Assembly: GCA_022844165.1 (NCBI GenBank)
Contig: JALHMH010000027.1
Span: forward strand, 1 to 62,225
Length of the DNA stretch: 62,225 nt
Reading direction: 5' to 3'
From: Lysobacterales bacterium
GTDB lineage: Bacteria > Pseudomonadota > Gammaproteobacteria > Xanthomonadales > SZUA-5
Part shown: one piece after another, positions 31,027 to 40,758 of the stretch
Layout: each line of letters opens with the position of its first letter
Position numbering within the stretch: the stretch's first letter is position 1
Translations under genes and position numbers: made by a program
Notes under the pieces: model-generated
Databases searched by the model: none
The model's input: the letters and a program-made list of their open reading frames with translations, nothing else
What the model was told of the DNA's origin: nothing

Positions 31027-31626
31027 GCTCGGCGGTCTGAGGCGAAGCCTCGCTAGTGTGGTGTTCCGTCATTAAGTTGAACACTATTTCCGATGGATTT
31101 CGGCGTCAGGCAAGGCGCGACGAGGGTGAAAGTCGGTGGCTTTCGCGGCATGCCGCGAGCCGACTTGAACGACCGGCGGCTGCGCCGCCGGGCCGGACGA
31201 CATAGCTCTTCTATGGCGACGAGAAGCAACGCTGCATGGGGTCGAAAGACGCGGAAATCGTTCAAGGTCATTGCGGAACAGCACACTAGAGTCCTTGATG
31301 GAGCTGGATCTTGTTAGTTGAGTCGAATTTCTTCGGAGCGGCTTTGGCTGTTGAAGCCCCCCTTAAACTAAGGGGGCGATTGAGCGCGCAGCGCTCAATG
31401 GGTTGTGGAAAGTACGGTGTCTGGCGAAGCCAACAATGCTCGGCGGTCTGAGGCGAAGCCTCGCTAGTGGTTTGAGTTTGGCTTTTTCGGGGCGGATTTG
31501 GCGCTTGCCGCCAACTTGGATCAACAGGGGCGATCGAGCGCGCGTCGTCCGAAGGGGAAAACGGCTTATGCGCTGTCAGACGAAGCCAACAACGCTCGGT
31601 GGTCCGAGGCGAAGCTTCGCCAGAGG
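31027..31626. repeat. REP-like repeat cluster
   Basis: GCTCGGYGGTCYGAGGCGAAGCYTCGC within units at 31027-31056, 31418-31470 and 31574-31626; hairpins CCCCCTT-AAACT-AAGGGGG and ATTGAGCGC-GCA-GCGCTCAAT (31356-31399). Confidence 0.75.
31053..31289. mobile_element. 237-bp MITE with ~30-bp imperfect terminal inverted repeats (IS630-like CTAG ends)
   Basis: CTAGTGTGGTGTTCCGTCATTAAGTTGAAC ... GTTCAAGGTCATTGCGGAACAGCACACTAG (24/30 match); no transposase. Confidence 0.75.
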
Positions 31627-31635
31627 GTTGTCGTC

Positions 31636-32202
31636 ATGCGGCTAGTGCTGGCCTCGGCGTCACCACGGCGATTGGAGTTGCTCAAACACCTTGGCCTGGA
31701 GCCAGATGTCATTGTGTCGGACATCGAGGAAGTGCGGTTCGCCGGTGAGACACCGCAGGCTTATAGCCAGCGCATTGCGACGGAAAAAGGGCTTATGGTC
31801 GCGGCGCAATTCGGACAAGCGCCGGTGCGGGTACTGAGCGCAGATACGGAAGTGGTCCTGGGCAAAGATGTCTTTGGCAAGCCGCGGGATGCCGCCGATG
31901 CGGCAAGAATGTTGCGCCGTCTTTCCGGAATTGAACATCTGGTGCTCAGTAGCGTGTGCATGATCGATTGTTCAGCAATCGCTGTCACACCGCGCGTGCT
32001 GACACAGTCTACCCGCGTCTACTTTCGCTCTCTCTCTGAGGCCGAAATTGATCACTACGTTGCCAGCGGCGAACCGATGGGCAAAGCGGGCGCTTATGCA
32101 ATACAGGGATTGGCATCGGCCTACATCGCACGCATCGACGGTAGTTACTCGTCGGTCATGGGTTTGCCGCTTTACGAGACGGCACAATTGCTCGGCATGT
32201 GA
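31636..32202 (+). CDS. maf: Maf family nucleotide pyrophosphatase
   Basis: LVLASASPRR, SADTEV, GKP, KAGAYAIQG, GSYSSVMGLP. Confidence 0.93.
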   Translation: MRLVLASASPRRLELLKHLGLEPDVIVSDIEEVRFAGETPQAYSQRIATEKGLMVAAQFGQAPVRVLSADTEVVLGKDVFGKPRDAADAARMLRRLSGIEHLVLSSVCMIDCSAIAVTPRVLTQSTRVYFRSLSEAEIDHYVASGEPMGKAGAYAIQGLASAYIARIDGSYSSVMGLPLYETAQLLGM

Positions 32203-32272
32203 CGAAGGCTCTTCTAAGGCTCGTTGTTGCGCTGCTATAAGCGCGATCGATTCCACGCAATGAGCGCTCGCT

Positions 32273-33745
32273 TTGTCTGAAGAGATCTTGATCAACGTTA
32301 CGCCCCGCGAGACTCGCGTGGCATTGGTGGAAAACGGCATGCTGCAGGAGGTGTACGTCGAGCGTGCGCGCAAGCGCGGTTACGTCGGCAACATCTACAA
32401 GGGCCGCATTTCGCGTGTCATGCCCGGTATGCAGGCCGCGTTTGTGGAAATTGGTCTGGATCGAACCGCATTTTTGCATGTCAATGACATTGTGCGGCTA
32501 CCGCAGGATGGCGATCCAATCGAAAACGGCAACGCTCCAATACCGCCAATTTTCGATCTTGTCCGCGAAGGGCAGGAGATCATCGTTCAGGTCGTTAAAG
32601 ACCCTATTGGCAGCAAAGGCGCGCGACTCACAACACACCTGTCGATTCCGTCGCGGTACCTGGTGCTTCTGCCTTACGCGCGCACACTCGGTGTGTCGGT
32701 TCGCATCGAAGACGAGACCGAACGCGGACGCCTGAAAGAAGCACTGACCCAACTTGCGGGTGAGCGAACGCAGGGCTTTATCGTTCGGACCAACGCAGAG
32801 GGAGTGCCTTGCGAACCGCTTGCCGCCGACATGGCGTTCCTGGACCGCCTGTGGGCATCAATCGTCGACGCAATTCGTGGCTCACAGGTCGGCGATCGGA
32901 TCTATGAAGAGTTGCCTCTCTCGCTGAAAGCGATTCGTGATTTTCTCAAGCCACATGTGGAAAAGGTCCGCATCGATTCGCGTGAGACGTTAGAGCGTGC
33001 CGTTCGTTTTTGTGATGAGTTCATACCCGAGTTCAGGGAACGGCTGGAACACTATCCTGGCGAGCGGCCAATCTTCGACCTATACGGCGTTGAGGATGAA
33101 ATCCAACGCGCACTGCGTAAAGAGTCGCCGCTGAAATCAGGGGGCTATTTGATCATCGATCAAACCGAGGCGATGACGACGATCGACGTGAACACGGGTG
33201 GATTCGTCGGCCATCGCAACCTGGAAGAGACCGTCTACAAGACCAATCTCGAGGCAGCCCAGGCAATTGCGCGGCAATTGCGGTTGAGAAACCTGGGCGG
33301 CATCATCATTCTTGACTTCATTGACATGAACGATGAAGAGCACAAGCGTCAGGTGTTGCGCATGCTCGAGAAGTCGCTCGGTCGCGACCATGCAAAGAGC
33401 ACCGTATACGACATGAGTCCGCTCGGACTCGTCGAAATGACGCGAAAGCGAACCACCGAGAGCCTCGAACGACAGCTTTGCGAACCTTGTGCAGCCTGTG
33501 GCGGTCGCGGGCGCGTGAAGAGTGCCGAAACGGTCAGTTACGAGATCTTTCGAGAAATCACACGTGCGGTTCGGCAGTTTGAAACTCGGAGTGTTCTGGT
33601 CTTGGCGTCACCCACAGTGGTGCAAAGAGTCGTCGACGAGGAATCCGCGGCGCTGGCAGAACTGGAAGCGTTCATCGGGAAACCGATACGCTTCCAGCCT
33701 GAGGAGCAATATTCCCCAGAGCAATATGATGTGGTGGTCCTCTAA
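32273..33745 (+). CDS. rng: ribonuclease G
   Basis: VGNIYKG, PGMQAAFV, TTIDVNTG, LRNLGGIIILDFID. Confidence 0.96.
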   Translation: MSEEILINVTPRETRVALVENGMLQEVYVERARKRGYVGNIYKGRISRVMPGMQAAFVEIGLDRTAFLHVNDIVRLPQDGDPIENGNAPIPPIFDLVREGQEIIVQVVKDPIGSKGARLTTHLSIPSRYLVLLPYARTLGVSVRIEDETERGRLKEALTQLAGERTQGFIVRTNAEGVPCEPLAADMAFLDRLWASIVDAIRGSQVGDRIYEELPLSLKAIRDFLKPHVEKVRIDSRETLERAVRFCDEFIPEFRERLEHYPGERPIFDLYGVEDEIQRALRKESPLKSGGYLIIDQTEAMTTIDVNTGGFVGHRNLEETVYKTNLEAAQAIARQLRLRNLGGIIILDFIDMNDEEHKRQVLRMLEKSLGRDHAKSTVYDMSPLGLVEMTRKRTTESLERQLCEPCAACGGRGRVKSAETVSYEIFREITRAVRQFETRSVLVLASPTVVQRVVDEESAALAELEAFIGKPIRFQPEEQYSPEQYDVVVL

Positions 33746-33803
33746 AGTCCTTGACGGAGCAGGATCTTGGCACTTGAGTCAAATTTTCTTCAGCGCGGCT
33801 TTG
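33746..33803 (+). repeat. ~58-bp sequence duplicated at 31290-31346
   Basis: AGTCCTTGAYGGAGCWGGATCTTG..TTGAGTCRAATTT..CTTC..GCGGCTTTG at both sites. Confidence 0.7.
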
Positions 33804-33867
33804 ATCTTTTCGGCACCGCTGAGCCGGAGGCGCTGGAAACGGTTTCGATCAAGGGCTGCGCTCTCCG

Positions 33868-36800
33868 ATGATGGCAGCTGCGCCGCGGCGTTGGCATCGT
33901 CTGCGTCGGTTGACGTTGCTCGCTATTGCGATCGTGATTGTGCTGGCAGCAACACTTCAAGCACTGGCCAGGCTCGCGGTTCCCTGGCTCCTGAGTTCTC
34001 CGGAACGAGTGGCGCACTGGCTGAGCGATACGGTTGGTCAGCAAGTCGAGATCGATCAAGTGAGCGCTGTCTGGATTGGCCGCGGTCCCTGGCTTGACGC
34101 GTCAGGCGTACGCGTGGCCGCGTACAATGGACAAACGGCGGTCGAACTGGGTCGGGTTCGGATTGGCATCGACACTTACGCCCTCCTGTTTCGCCATCGC
34201 CCCCTGATTGAGTCATTTGTGTTGGTCGATGCGAAAGTGGAACTGGAGCGCAGCGCAGATGGTCGCATCGCACTGCGTGGTATCCAGCAAAGACAAGCCG
34301 TTTCGGATCTGCGGGCGTTGGCGGAAATTGGTCAGTTTGGCGTCAGCGACGGCACGGTCCGTTTACAGCTCGGTGAGCAAACACTGGAAATTGCTGGCGT
34401 CGAATTGCGCATAGAGCACCAGGCGGGATCGTGGCGCGGGGCTTTGTTAAAACGTTCCGAGGGTGGCTATTTGCGCGTGGTCGCGAGCGCCGACCAAGAG
34501 GGTTTGCGAGAGCTTTATCTGGAAGCCGACGGATTTCCGCTGCAATCGGTCAACGGTCTGAGCAGGCCCTTTGATCTGGAGGCGATATCGGGTGAGTTGA
34601 ATGGGCGAGGCTGGTGGCACGCAGTCACCGGCGAGGGGAGTGGCGCATTCGAGTTGCAAGGTGGTGTGTTCAGTGCACCCGCTTTCGTATGGTCAGATGG
34701 CGCTGGTTTGGCGCCGCACGTTCGCTTGCCGGATGGCGAACTGGGGATTTCGATCCAACGGGACGGTGCCCAGACGACAGCAGACCTGACGACGAAGTCT
34801 CAGGATGGAATCAGCCACGTGAGTGTGCGTCTTGCAGATCGCGAGCTGACACTTGTGGCGGATCGGCTGTCTGCCGCGACGCTTGCGGACATCGCGGTCT
34901 TGGTGCCAACTTTGCCTGAGCGCGTTCGATCCATGCTCTACGACGCTCGCGCCGCTGGCGATGTTTCGCAACTGTATGCGGTGATCGGCCCGAAATGGCA
35001 GGTGCACGCGTCACTCAGCGATCTCACTGCGAGCGCGCGATTGGCAGGTCAGCAGTTGAACGTGCGTGGGTTGACAGGCGAGATTGCTGCTGACGCGGAA
35101 GGTGCTGTGTTGTACGCGGAAGACGACCAGGTGGAATTCTCCGCCTCGCCGATGTTAGCCGGACCCATAACCCCGAGGTTGGAGGCTCTGGTTGGTCTGC
35201 GCGAAATGCCCGAGTTAGCTTACATACGCCTGCATGGCAGTGGTTACGATATTGCCGCAGACGGTGCCTTGACGCGGGACAGCGAGGGTCGAGTTGGCCT
35301 CGATCTTCGTGCCAGGGTGCCGAAGGCAGACATCCAGGCCGCTCCCGCATTTTGGATTCTCCACAAGATGCCGCCGAAAACCGTAGCGTGGCTCAATCGC
35401 GCCCTGAGTACTGGCCGGGTCGACGATGGGCGAGTCGTTTTTCGTGGCGCCTTCTCCGATTGGCCATTCGCGACGCAGGAAGGACGATTTGTAGCGAGTT
35501 TTCTGGCAGAAGACGCACCGCTCGATTATCACGAGCAATGGCCATCGGCCCATGTCGACCGAGCCGACGTCTCCTTCCTCAATAACGCCATGGTCGTGCA
35601 TGCGCTCGATGCACACATTTTTGGCGCAAGAATCAATGGTTCCGCGGCGATCTCGAATCTGAAAACTCCGGTCATGGAACTGCGTCTTGCCGCCAGCGGT
35701 GATGGCAGCGATTGGCTCAAGTTTCTGGAAGCGAGCCCGCTTCGTCGCGAACACGGCGATGTGTTGTTTGGCATGGCACTCTCTGGACCCTCACGCGTAA
35801 CGACTGAGCTGAGCATTCCACTGAAATCGACGCTTGGGCAGCCGATGGTTCGCGGCAGCGCGCTCGCTGAAGGACTGCATTTTAAGGATGCCAAATGGCA
35901 TCTCGATTTCGCCGACGTTCGCGGTCGCATCGACTTTACGCAGCGCGGCTTTGCGGCAGATCAGTTGCGTATGCTGATCGACGATCGCCCAGCTGAGCTC
36001 CAGATCGCCGTTGGCGAGTTTGTGCCTGAGGCCGATCGCGCTGTTGAGCTGAGCGTTGTGGCGAATACGTCGTTGCAGACACTCTTTGGTCACCACGCTG
36101 CGTTGACTCCGGTTCTCGACGTGACACGCGGCGCGGCTTCATTTCACGTCGATGTGTCGATCGGCCGTGCCGAGGGGCACTCGGTGATTCGCTACCGGTC
36201 CGATCTGAAAGGCATCGCCATCGGATTTCCAGCACCCATCGGCAAGGCTGGCGATGAGTCCCGCTCGTTCGATCTGGTGGTGCCGCTGCCAACGGATCGT
36301 GGCGTTCCGCTAACGCTTGGGCTTGGTGACGATTTGCGCCTGATGGCGCGTATTGCCAATGCACAACAGCCTTTTGCGGGCGAACTGCAGTTCGGCGAGC
36401 GAAGAGCGCCTGCATTGCCGGCACGAGGACTTCGTGTCAGTGGCGATGCGCCAGATGTCGATGTTGCGGGTTGGGCAGGTTGGATATTGCGTTCGACTGG
36501 CGATGATGATCCTCTGCTCGCAGAGCTGGACGTCTATGCGGGAAGCGGCGTGGAGAAGCATCGCCTGCAGCTGGCCAGGACAGAGGGTATTTGGACGCTT
36601 GGCATTAGTGGCGAGCAGCAACAAGGCCAGGTACGCTTCGATCGTCAGAATGGCCAGGCCCTGATCGACGCTGAGTTCGAGCGCTTGTACGTGCCCGATC
36701 CGGGTGGGACGGTCGCACGAAAACTTCCACTTTCGCCAAGCATGGTGCCAACACTGCACCTTCGCGCGCGATCCCTGCGTCTGGGTGCTGCGTCTTTGGG

Positions 36801-37578
36801 CGAGGTGCGACTTGAGGCTTACCCGCAAGACGGCGGATTGCGTTTTGCGCAAGTCGAGGCGAAATCGCCCAGTATGGAACTTCGCGCACAGGGCCGCTGG
36901 ACTCAACAGGGGCTCACAGATACGTCCGAGTTCAGCATCCAGATGACGTGCGAAGACCTAGGCCGAATGCTCGCTGACCTTGGCTATGAAGGGGTCATCG
37001 CGGGTGGTCAGACATTGGCCAATTTCGAAGCGAACTGGTCCGGTGCGCCGCATCAGTTCGCGCTTGAACGTCTGCGCGGCACAATGGATCTGAGTGTTGG
37101 TCAAGGGCGGTTTCTTGATATCGATCCCGGTGCAGGGCGCATCTTTGGTCTACTGAGTTTGCGTGAATTGCCAAGGCGGATAACGCTGGATTTTCGTGAT
37201 TTCTTTGAAAGCGGCATGAGTTTCGATCGGATTTCTGGGCGTTTCGAGTTTGCCGACGGCAACGCATGGACGGATGGCATCAGTGTTCGCGGACCTGCCG
37301 CGGATCTGTTGATCATTGGCCGAACGGGTCTGGCATCCCGAGACTATGATCAGCAAGTAATGGTAGCGCCGCGCCTGACAGGCGTTTTGCCCGTGATCGG
37401 TGGATTGGCAGCCGGCCCCGTCGGTGCCGCCGCGGGTTTTCTGGCCCAGGGCATCGTGGCTCCAGGCAACAACATCGAGTCGGCAACTCAAGTGCATTAC
37501 AGTATCGGCGGTTCCTGGGAAAAGCCTCTGGTCGAGAGGCTAAGTCCGTCGCGCGAGGCACGCCCCCGCTCCGGATAG
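33868..37578 (+). CDS. yhdP: YhdP / AsmA-like phospholipid transport protein
   Basis: Position after rng, 1236 aa, WLNRAL..G, GAGRIFGLLSLRELPRRITLDFRDFF, YSIGGSWEKP. Confidence 0.9.
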   Translation: MMAAAPRRWHRLRRLTLLAIAIVIVLAATLQALARLAVPWLLSSPERVAHWLSDTVGQQVEIDQVSAVWIGRGPWLDASGVRVAAYNGQTAVELGRVRIGIDTYALLFRHRPLIESFVLVDAKVELERSADGRIALRGIQQRQAVSDLRALAEIGQFGVSDGTVRLQLGEQTLEIAGVELRIEHQAGSWRGALLKRSEGGYLRVVASADQEGLRELYLEADGFPLQSVNGLSRPFDLEAISGELNGRGWWHAVTGEGSGAFELQGGVFSAPAFVWSDGAGLAPHVRLPDGELGISIQRDGAQTTADLTTKSQDGISHVSVRLADRELTLVADRLSAATLADIAVLVPTLPERVRSMLYDARAAGDVSQLYAVIGPKWQVHASLSDLTASARLAGQQLNVRGLTGEIAADAEGAVLYAEDDQVEFSASPMLAGPITPRLEALVGLREMPELAYIRLHGSGYDIAADGALTRDSEGRVGLDLRARVPKADIQAAPAFWILHKMPPKTVAWLNRALSTGRVDDGRVVFRGAFSDWPFATQEGRFVASFLAEDAPLDYHEQWPSAHVDRADVSFLNNAMVVHALDAHIFGARINGSAAISNLKTPVMELRLAASGDGSDWLKFLEASPLRREHGDVLFGMALSGPSRVTTELSIPLKSTLGQPMVRGSALAEGLHFKDAKWHLDFADVRGRIDFTQRGFAADQLRMLIDDRPAELQIAVGEFVPEADRAVELSVVANTSLQTLFGHHAALTPVLDVTRGAASFHVDVSIGRAEGHSVIRYRSDLKGIAIGFPAPIGKAGDESRSFDLVVPLPTDRGVPLTLGLGDDLRLMARIANAQQPFAGELQFGERRAPALPARGLRVSGDAPDVDVAGWAGWILRSTGDDDPLLAELDVYAGSGVEKHRLQLARTEGIWTLGISGEQQQGQVRFDRQNGQALIDAEFERLYVPDPGGTVARKLPLSPSMVPTLHLRARSLRLGAASLGEVRLEAYPQDGGLRFAQVEAKSPSMELRAQGRWTQQGLTDTSEFSIQMTCEDLGRMLADLGYEGVIAGGQTLANFEANWSGAPHQFALERLRGTMDLSVGQGRFLDIDPGAGRIFGLLSLRELPRRITLDFRDFFESGMSFDRISGRFEFADGNAWTDGISVRGPAADLLIIGRTGLASRDYDQQVMVAPRLTGVLPVIGGLAAGPVGAAAGFLAQGIVAPGNNIESATQVHYSIGGSWEKPLVERLSPSREARPRSG

Positions 37579-37667
37579 CGTTCTGGCTATCGCGGCAGTA
37601 GATTTCTCATTCCATAGCGCGTCGTAGATAATCGTGCTGTTTCAGTCCTGCTTTAAGGTGAGCTTGC

Positions 37668-38384
37668 ATGAAGTTGAAGTTAGCGCTTTTGGCGATAGCG
37701 GCGTTGGTCCTGGCGGCATGCGCGGGCGATGGCCTGCGTGACGTGCGCGAAGGTCGCGCCAAAATGGTCGAAACGACGGATTCGCTTGGGCCGCCTGACA
37801 CCACGAAGCCCGACGGTACTTACGAGGGCATCAGCGACTATCGACTCGGACCGCAGGACGTGATCAGCATTGAAGTGTTTAACTTGAATGAGCTCAATCG
37901 CACCGTCCGTGTCAACTCCAAGGGCATGATTTCGTTGCCATTGTTGGGGCCAATTCGCGCGGCAGGCAAGACGGTTCCCGAGCTTGAGTCCGAAGTGACA
38001 GCGATGCTCGAAAAGGACTTCTTGCAAAATCCACAGGTGACGATGTTCGTCAGCCAGTACACGAGTCAGCGCGTCACTATCGAAGGAGCCGTACGAAATC
38101 CGGGGATTTTTCCGTTGAGCGGAAAGACGACATTGCTTCAGGCGATCGTCGTGGCAGGTGGCGTCAATGAGTTCGCGAATCCTCGCGGTATTATCGTGTT
38201 CCGCGTGATCGACGGCAAACGCATGGCCGCCGTGTTTGATTTGCGCCTGATTCGAGGCGGCAATGCGGAGGATCCGCAGATTTTCGGTGATGATTTGATT
38301 GTCGTCGATGAGTCCGGGTCAAAATCGGCATTCCGTGACGTGTTGCGTACCATGCCCGTTCTCGGACTGTTTACCGCGTTTTGA
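37668..38384 (+). CDS. polysaccharide biosynthesis/export lipoprotein (Wza-like, short)
   Basis: Lipobox LAAC, YRLGPQD, GMISLPLLG, SLBB TIEGAVRNPG. Confidence 0.88.
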   Translation: MKLKLALLAIAALVLAACAGDGLRDVREGRAKMVETTDSLGPPDTTKPDGTYEGISDYRLGPQDVISIEVFNLNELNRTVRVNSKGMISLPLLGPIRAAGKTVPELESEVTAMLEKDFLQNPQVTMFVSQYTSQRVTIEGAVRNPGIFPLSGKTTLLQAIVVAGGVNEFANPRGIIVFRVIDGKRMAAVFDLRLIRGGNAEDPQIFGDDLIVVDESGSKSAFRDVLRTMPVLGLFTAF

Positions 38385-38469
38385 TGGATGAAATGGCGCC
38401 GTGTGGTGCTTTGCAATCAACATTGCTCACGGACTTATTGAAAGCCGTTTTGGCTGACAGGGATAGAAG

Positions 38470-40758
38470 ATGCAGGACGCAGCAGAGAACTTCGACCGCG
38501 ATCGCGTTGTGACCAACTTGCCGAGTGCGACACAGCGCTCGACGCAATTGGCGCCAGTCGACCCGCGCCTTCAAGCGCTGTCGACCTTGGTTCGAAGTGG
38601 CGAATCCGAGTCCACTGAAAAAGAAATCGACCTTGTCCAGTATTGGCGGGTCATCGTCAAACGCAAATGGACCGTTATTGGCGCTTTTGCGATCGTGTTT
38701 CTGACCGGCTTGATGGCAACGCTGCTCACAACACCCATCTTCCGCGCGACCGCAACGGTGCAAATCGAACGGCAATCGATGCGTGTCGTGAATGTCCCTG
38801 GTGTCGAGCCCATCGAAGACCCATACGATATGGAGTTCTACGAGACCCAGTTTCAGTTGCTCCAGTCGCGTTCTATGGCGGAGAAGGTCGCGGCGCAACT
38901 GGATCCCAATGAGCCAGTGTTCGCAGTCATGAGCGCCCCATCGCCGTGGGTCAAGCTCAAACAAATGGTGCTTGGCAAACCAGAGATCCAACAGCAGCAG
39001 GTGGATCCAAAGGCGCAAAGGGCGCAGTTGGTCGGATTGGTTCGTAGCGGGTTGATCATTGAGCCTGTCGCTCGCTCGCGCCTGGCCAGAATCCACTTCG
39101 ATAGCCCAAACGGCGCCCTCTCTGCTCGTGTCGCCAATGCGATTGCCAATGGGTTTATCGAATCGAACATGGAGCGACGAATCGACACCAGTTCGTACGC
39201 GAAGGAATTTCTTGAGGATCGGCTGGAACAGGTCAAGCTCAAGTTGCAGGATTCCGAGAAGGCCCTGGCAGACTTTGCCGAAAGCGAGCAGATCGTCAAC
39301 ATCGGTGATCGCACGTCGTTGCTTAGCAGCGACCTGGCGTCGCTAAACGGTGCGCTGACCATGGCGAAACAGCAGCGAATCGCAGCAGAGGCGAAAATGT
39401 CTCAGGGCCGGGGCGCCAATGCCATGTCGCACCCGCTGATGCTGGAGAATGAAGGTGTGCAGGCCCTGCGCGCTACTCGGGCCAAGTTGGAGGCGGAGTA
39501 TCAGGAGAAGCTGCTGGTTTACAAGCCCGCTTATCCTTTGATGCAGCAAATCCGCAATCAGATCGAAAACATCGATAAGCAGCTTGCAGGCGAAATGCAA
39601 TTGGTGCGTAACAACCTGGGTTCCACCTTAGAGGCCGCGCGCGAGATGGAGTCCCGTTTGCAGCAGCAAGTAGACGAGCTGCGCGGTCAAGTGCTCAGCC
39701 TGCAAAGCCGGAGCACCGATTTCACAGTACTGGAACGCGAAGTCGAAACCAATCGCCAGCTGTATGACGCCCTTCTGCAGCGATACAAGGAAATTGGCAT
39801 CACATCCAACGTCGATGCGAACAACGTCAGCGTCGTGGATAGCGCACTGGTGCCGGGTGCGCCGTACAAACCCGACTTGCGTCGTAACCTGATGCTGGCG
39901 AGCGCCCTGGGGTTGATTCTGGGCATACTCCTGGCCTTCCTGTTCGAGTTCCTCGACGATACGCTCAAACGACCCGATGAAATCGAACGACACCTGGGCC
40001 TGGGCGTCCTGGGTGTGATACCCAAGCTGGACAAAGACACCCCGGAAGAAGCGCTGCTCGATCCACGGTCTGCGTTCTCCGAGGCCTACCGATCGGTACG
40101 TACGTCGCTACAGTTTTCGACCGACGATGGTGTGCCCAAGTGCTTGTTGGTGACCAGTCCTTCAGCGTCCGAAGGCAAATCAACGACTGCACTGACACTC
40201 GCCCGAAACTTCGCGCAACTAGGTCGCCGGGTGCTTTTGATCGATGCCGATTTGCGCAATCCTTCGCTGCATCGAACGCTGGGCACCGACAATTCGGTTG
40301 GATTGAGCAACTACCTGGCCGGCAGTATTAAACCTGCGGCTGCGATTAAACCGACGAAGACCTTGAGATTGACGTTCATCCCATGCGGTCCTCTGCCACC
40401 GAATCCTGCAGAGTTGTTGGCTGGCCCCAAGATGCTGTCGTTATTGGCGCTCGCGGCCGAAAAATTCGATCAGGTGATCATCGATGGGCCGCCGGTGATG
40501 GGACTGGCCGATTCGCCGATTCTCGCAAACATGTCTTCCGGTACGTTACTTGTCATCGAAGCTGGCAGTTCGCGGATCGCGACGGCGAAATCGGCCTACA
40601 AGCGCCTTCTGGGTGCACGGGCGCATGTCATTGGCGCGCTGCTGACGAAGTTCAACGCCAAAGAGGCAGGTTATGGATACGGCGGCGAATACAGCGGGTA
40701 TCAGTACTATTCCTATGGCGGTTCGCGTAGTTCCAGCGGCACGAACTTGACGACATGA
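38470..40758 (+). CDS. wzc: Wzc/GumC polysaccharide co-polymerase with tyrosine autokinase domain
   Basis: Two TMs, coiled coil, SPSASEGKST, LIDADLRNP, DGPP, C-terminal Tyr cluster GYGYGGEYSGYQYYSY. Confidence 0.9.
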   Translation: MQDAAENFDRDRVVTNLPSATQRSTQLAPVDPRLQALSTLVRSGESESTEKEIDLVQYWRVIVKRKWTVIGAFAIVFLTGLMATLLTTPIFRATATVQIERQSMRVVNVPGVEPIEDPYDMEFYETQFQLLQSRSMAEKVAAQLDPNEPVFAVMSAPSPWVKLKQMVLGKPEIQQQQVDPKAQRAQLVGLVRSGLIIEPVARSRLARIHFDSPNGALSARVANAIANGFIESNMERRIDTSSYAKEFLEDRLEQVKLKLQDSEKALADFAESEQIVNIGDRTSLLSSDLASLNGALTMAKQQRIAAEAKMSQGRGANAMSHPLMLENEGVQALRATRAKLEAEYQEKLLVYKPAYPLMQQIRNQIENIDKQLAGEMQLVRNNLGSTLEAAREMESRLQQQVDELRGQVLSLQSRSTDFTVLEREVETNRQLYDALLQRYKEIGITSNVDANNVSVVDSALVPGAPYKPDLRRNLMLASALGLILGILLAFLFEFLDDTLKRPDEIERHLGLGVLGVIPKLDKDTPEEALLDPRSAFSEAYRSVRTSLQFSTDDGVPKCLLVTSPSASEGKSTTALTLARNFAQLGRRVLLIDADLRNPSLHRTLGTDNSVGLSNYLAGSIKPAAAIKPTKTLRLTFIPCGPLPPNPAELLAGPKMLSLLALAAEKFDQVIIDGPPVMGLADSPILANMSSGTLLVIEAGSSRIATAKSAYKRLLGARAHVIGALLTKFNAKEAGYGYGGEYSGYQYYSYGGSRSSSGTNLTT

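Noticed and set aside
31027-31626. Palindromic repeats as attC sites
   Set aside because: Lack RYYYAAC/GTTRRRY ends and do not flank cassette-like genes
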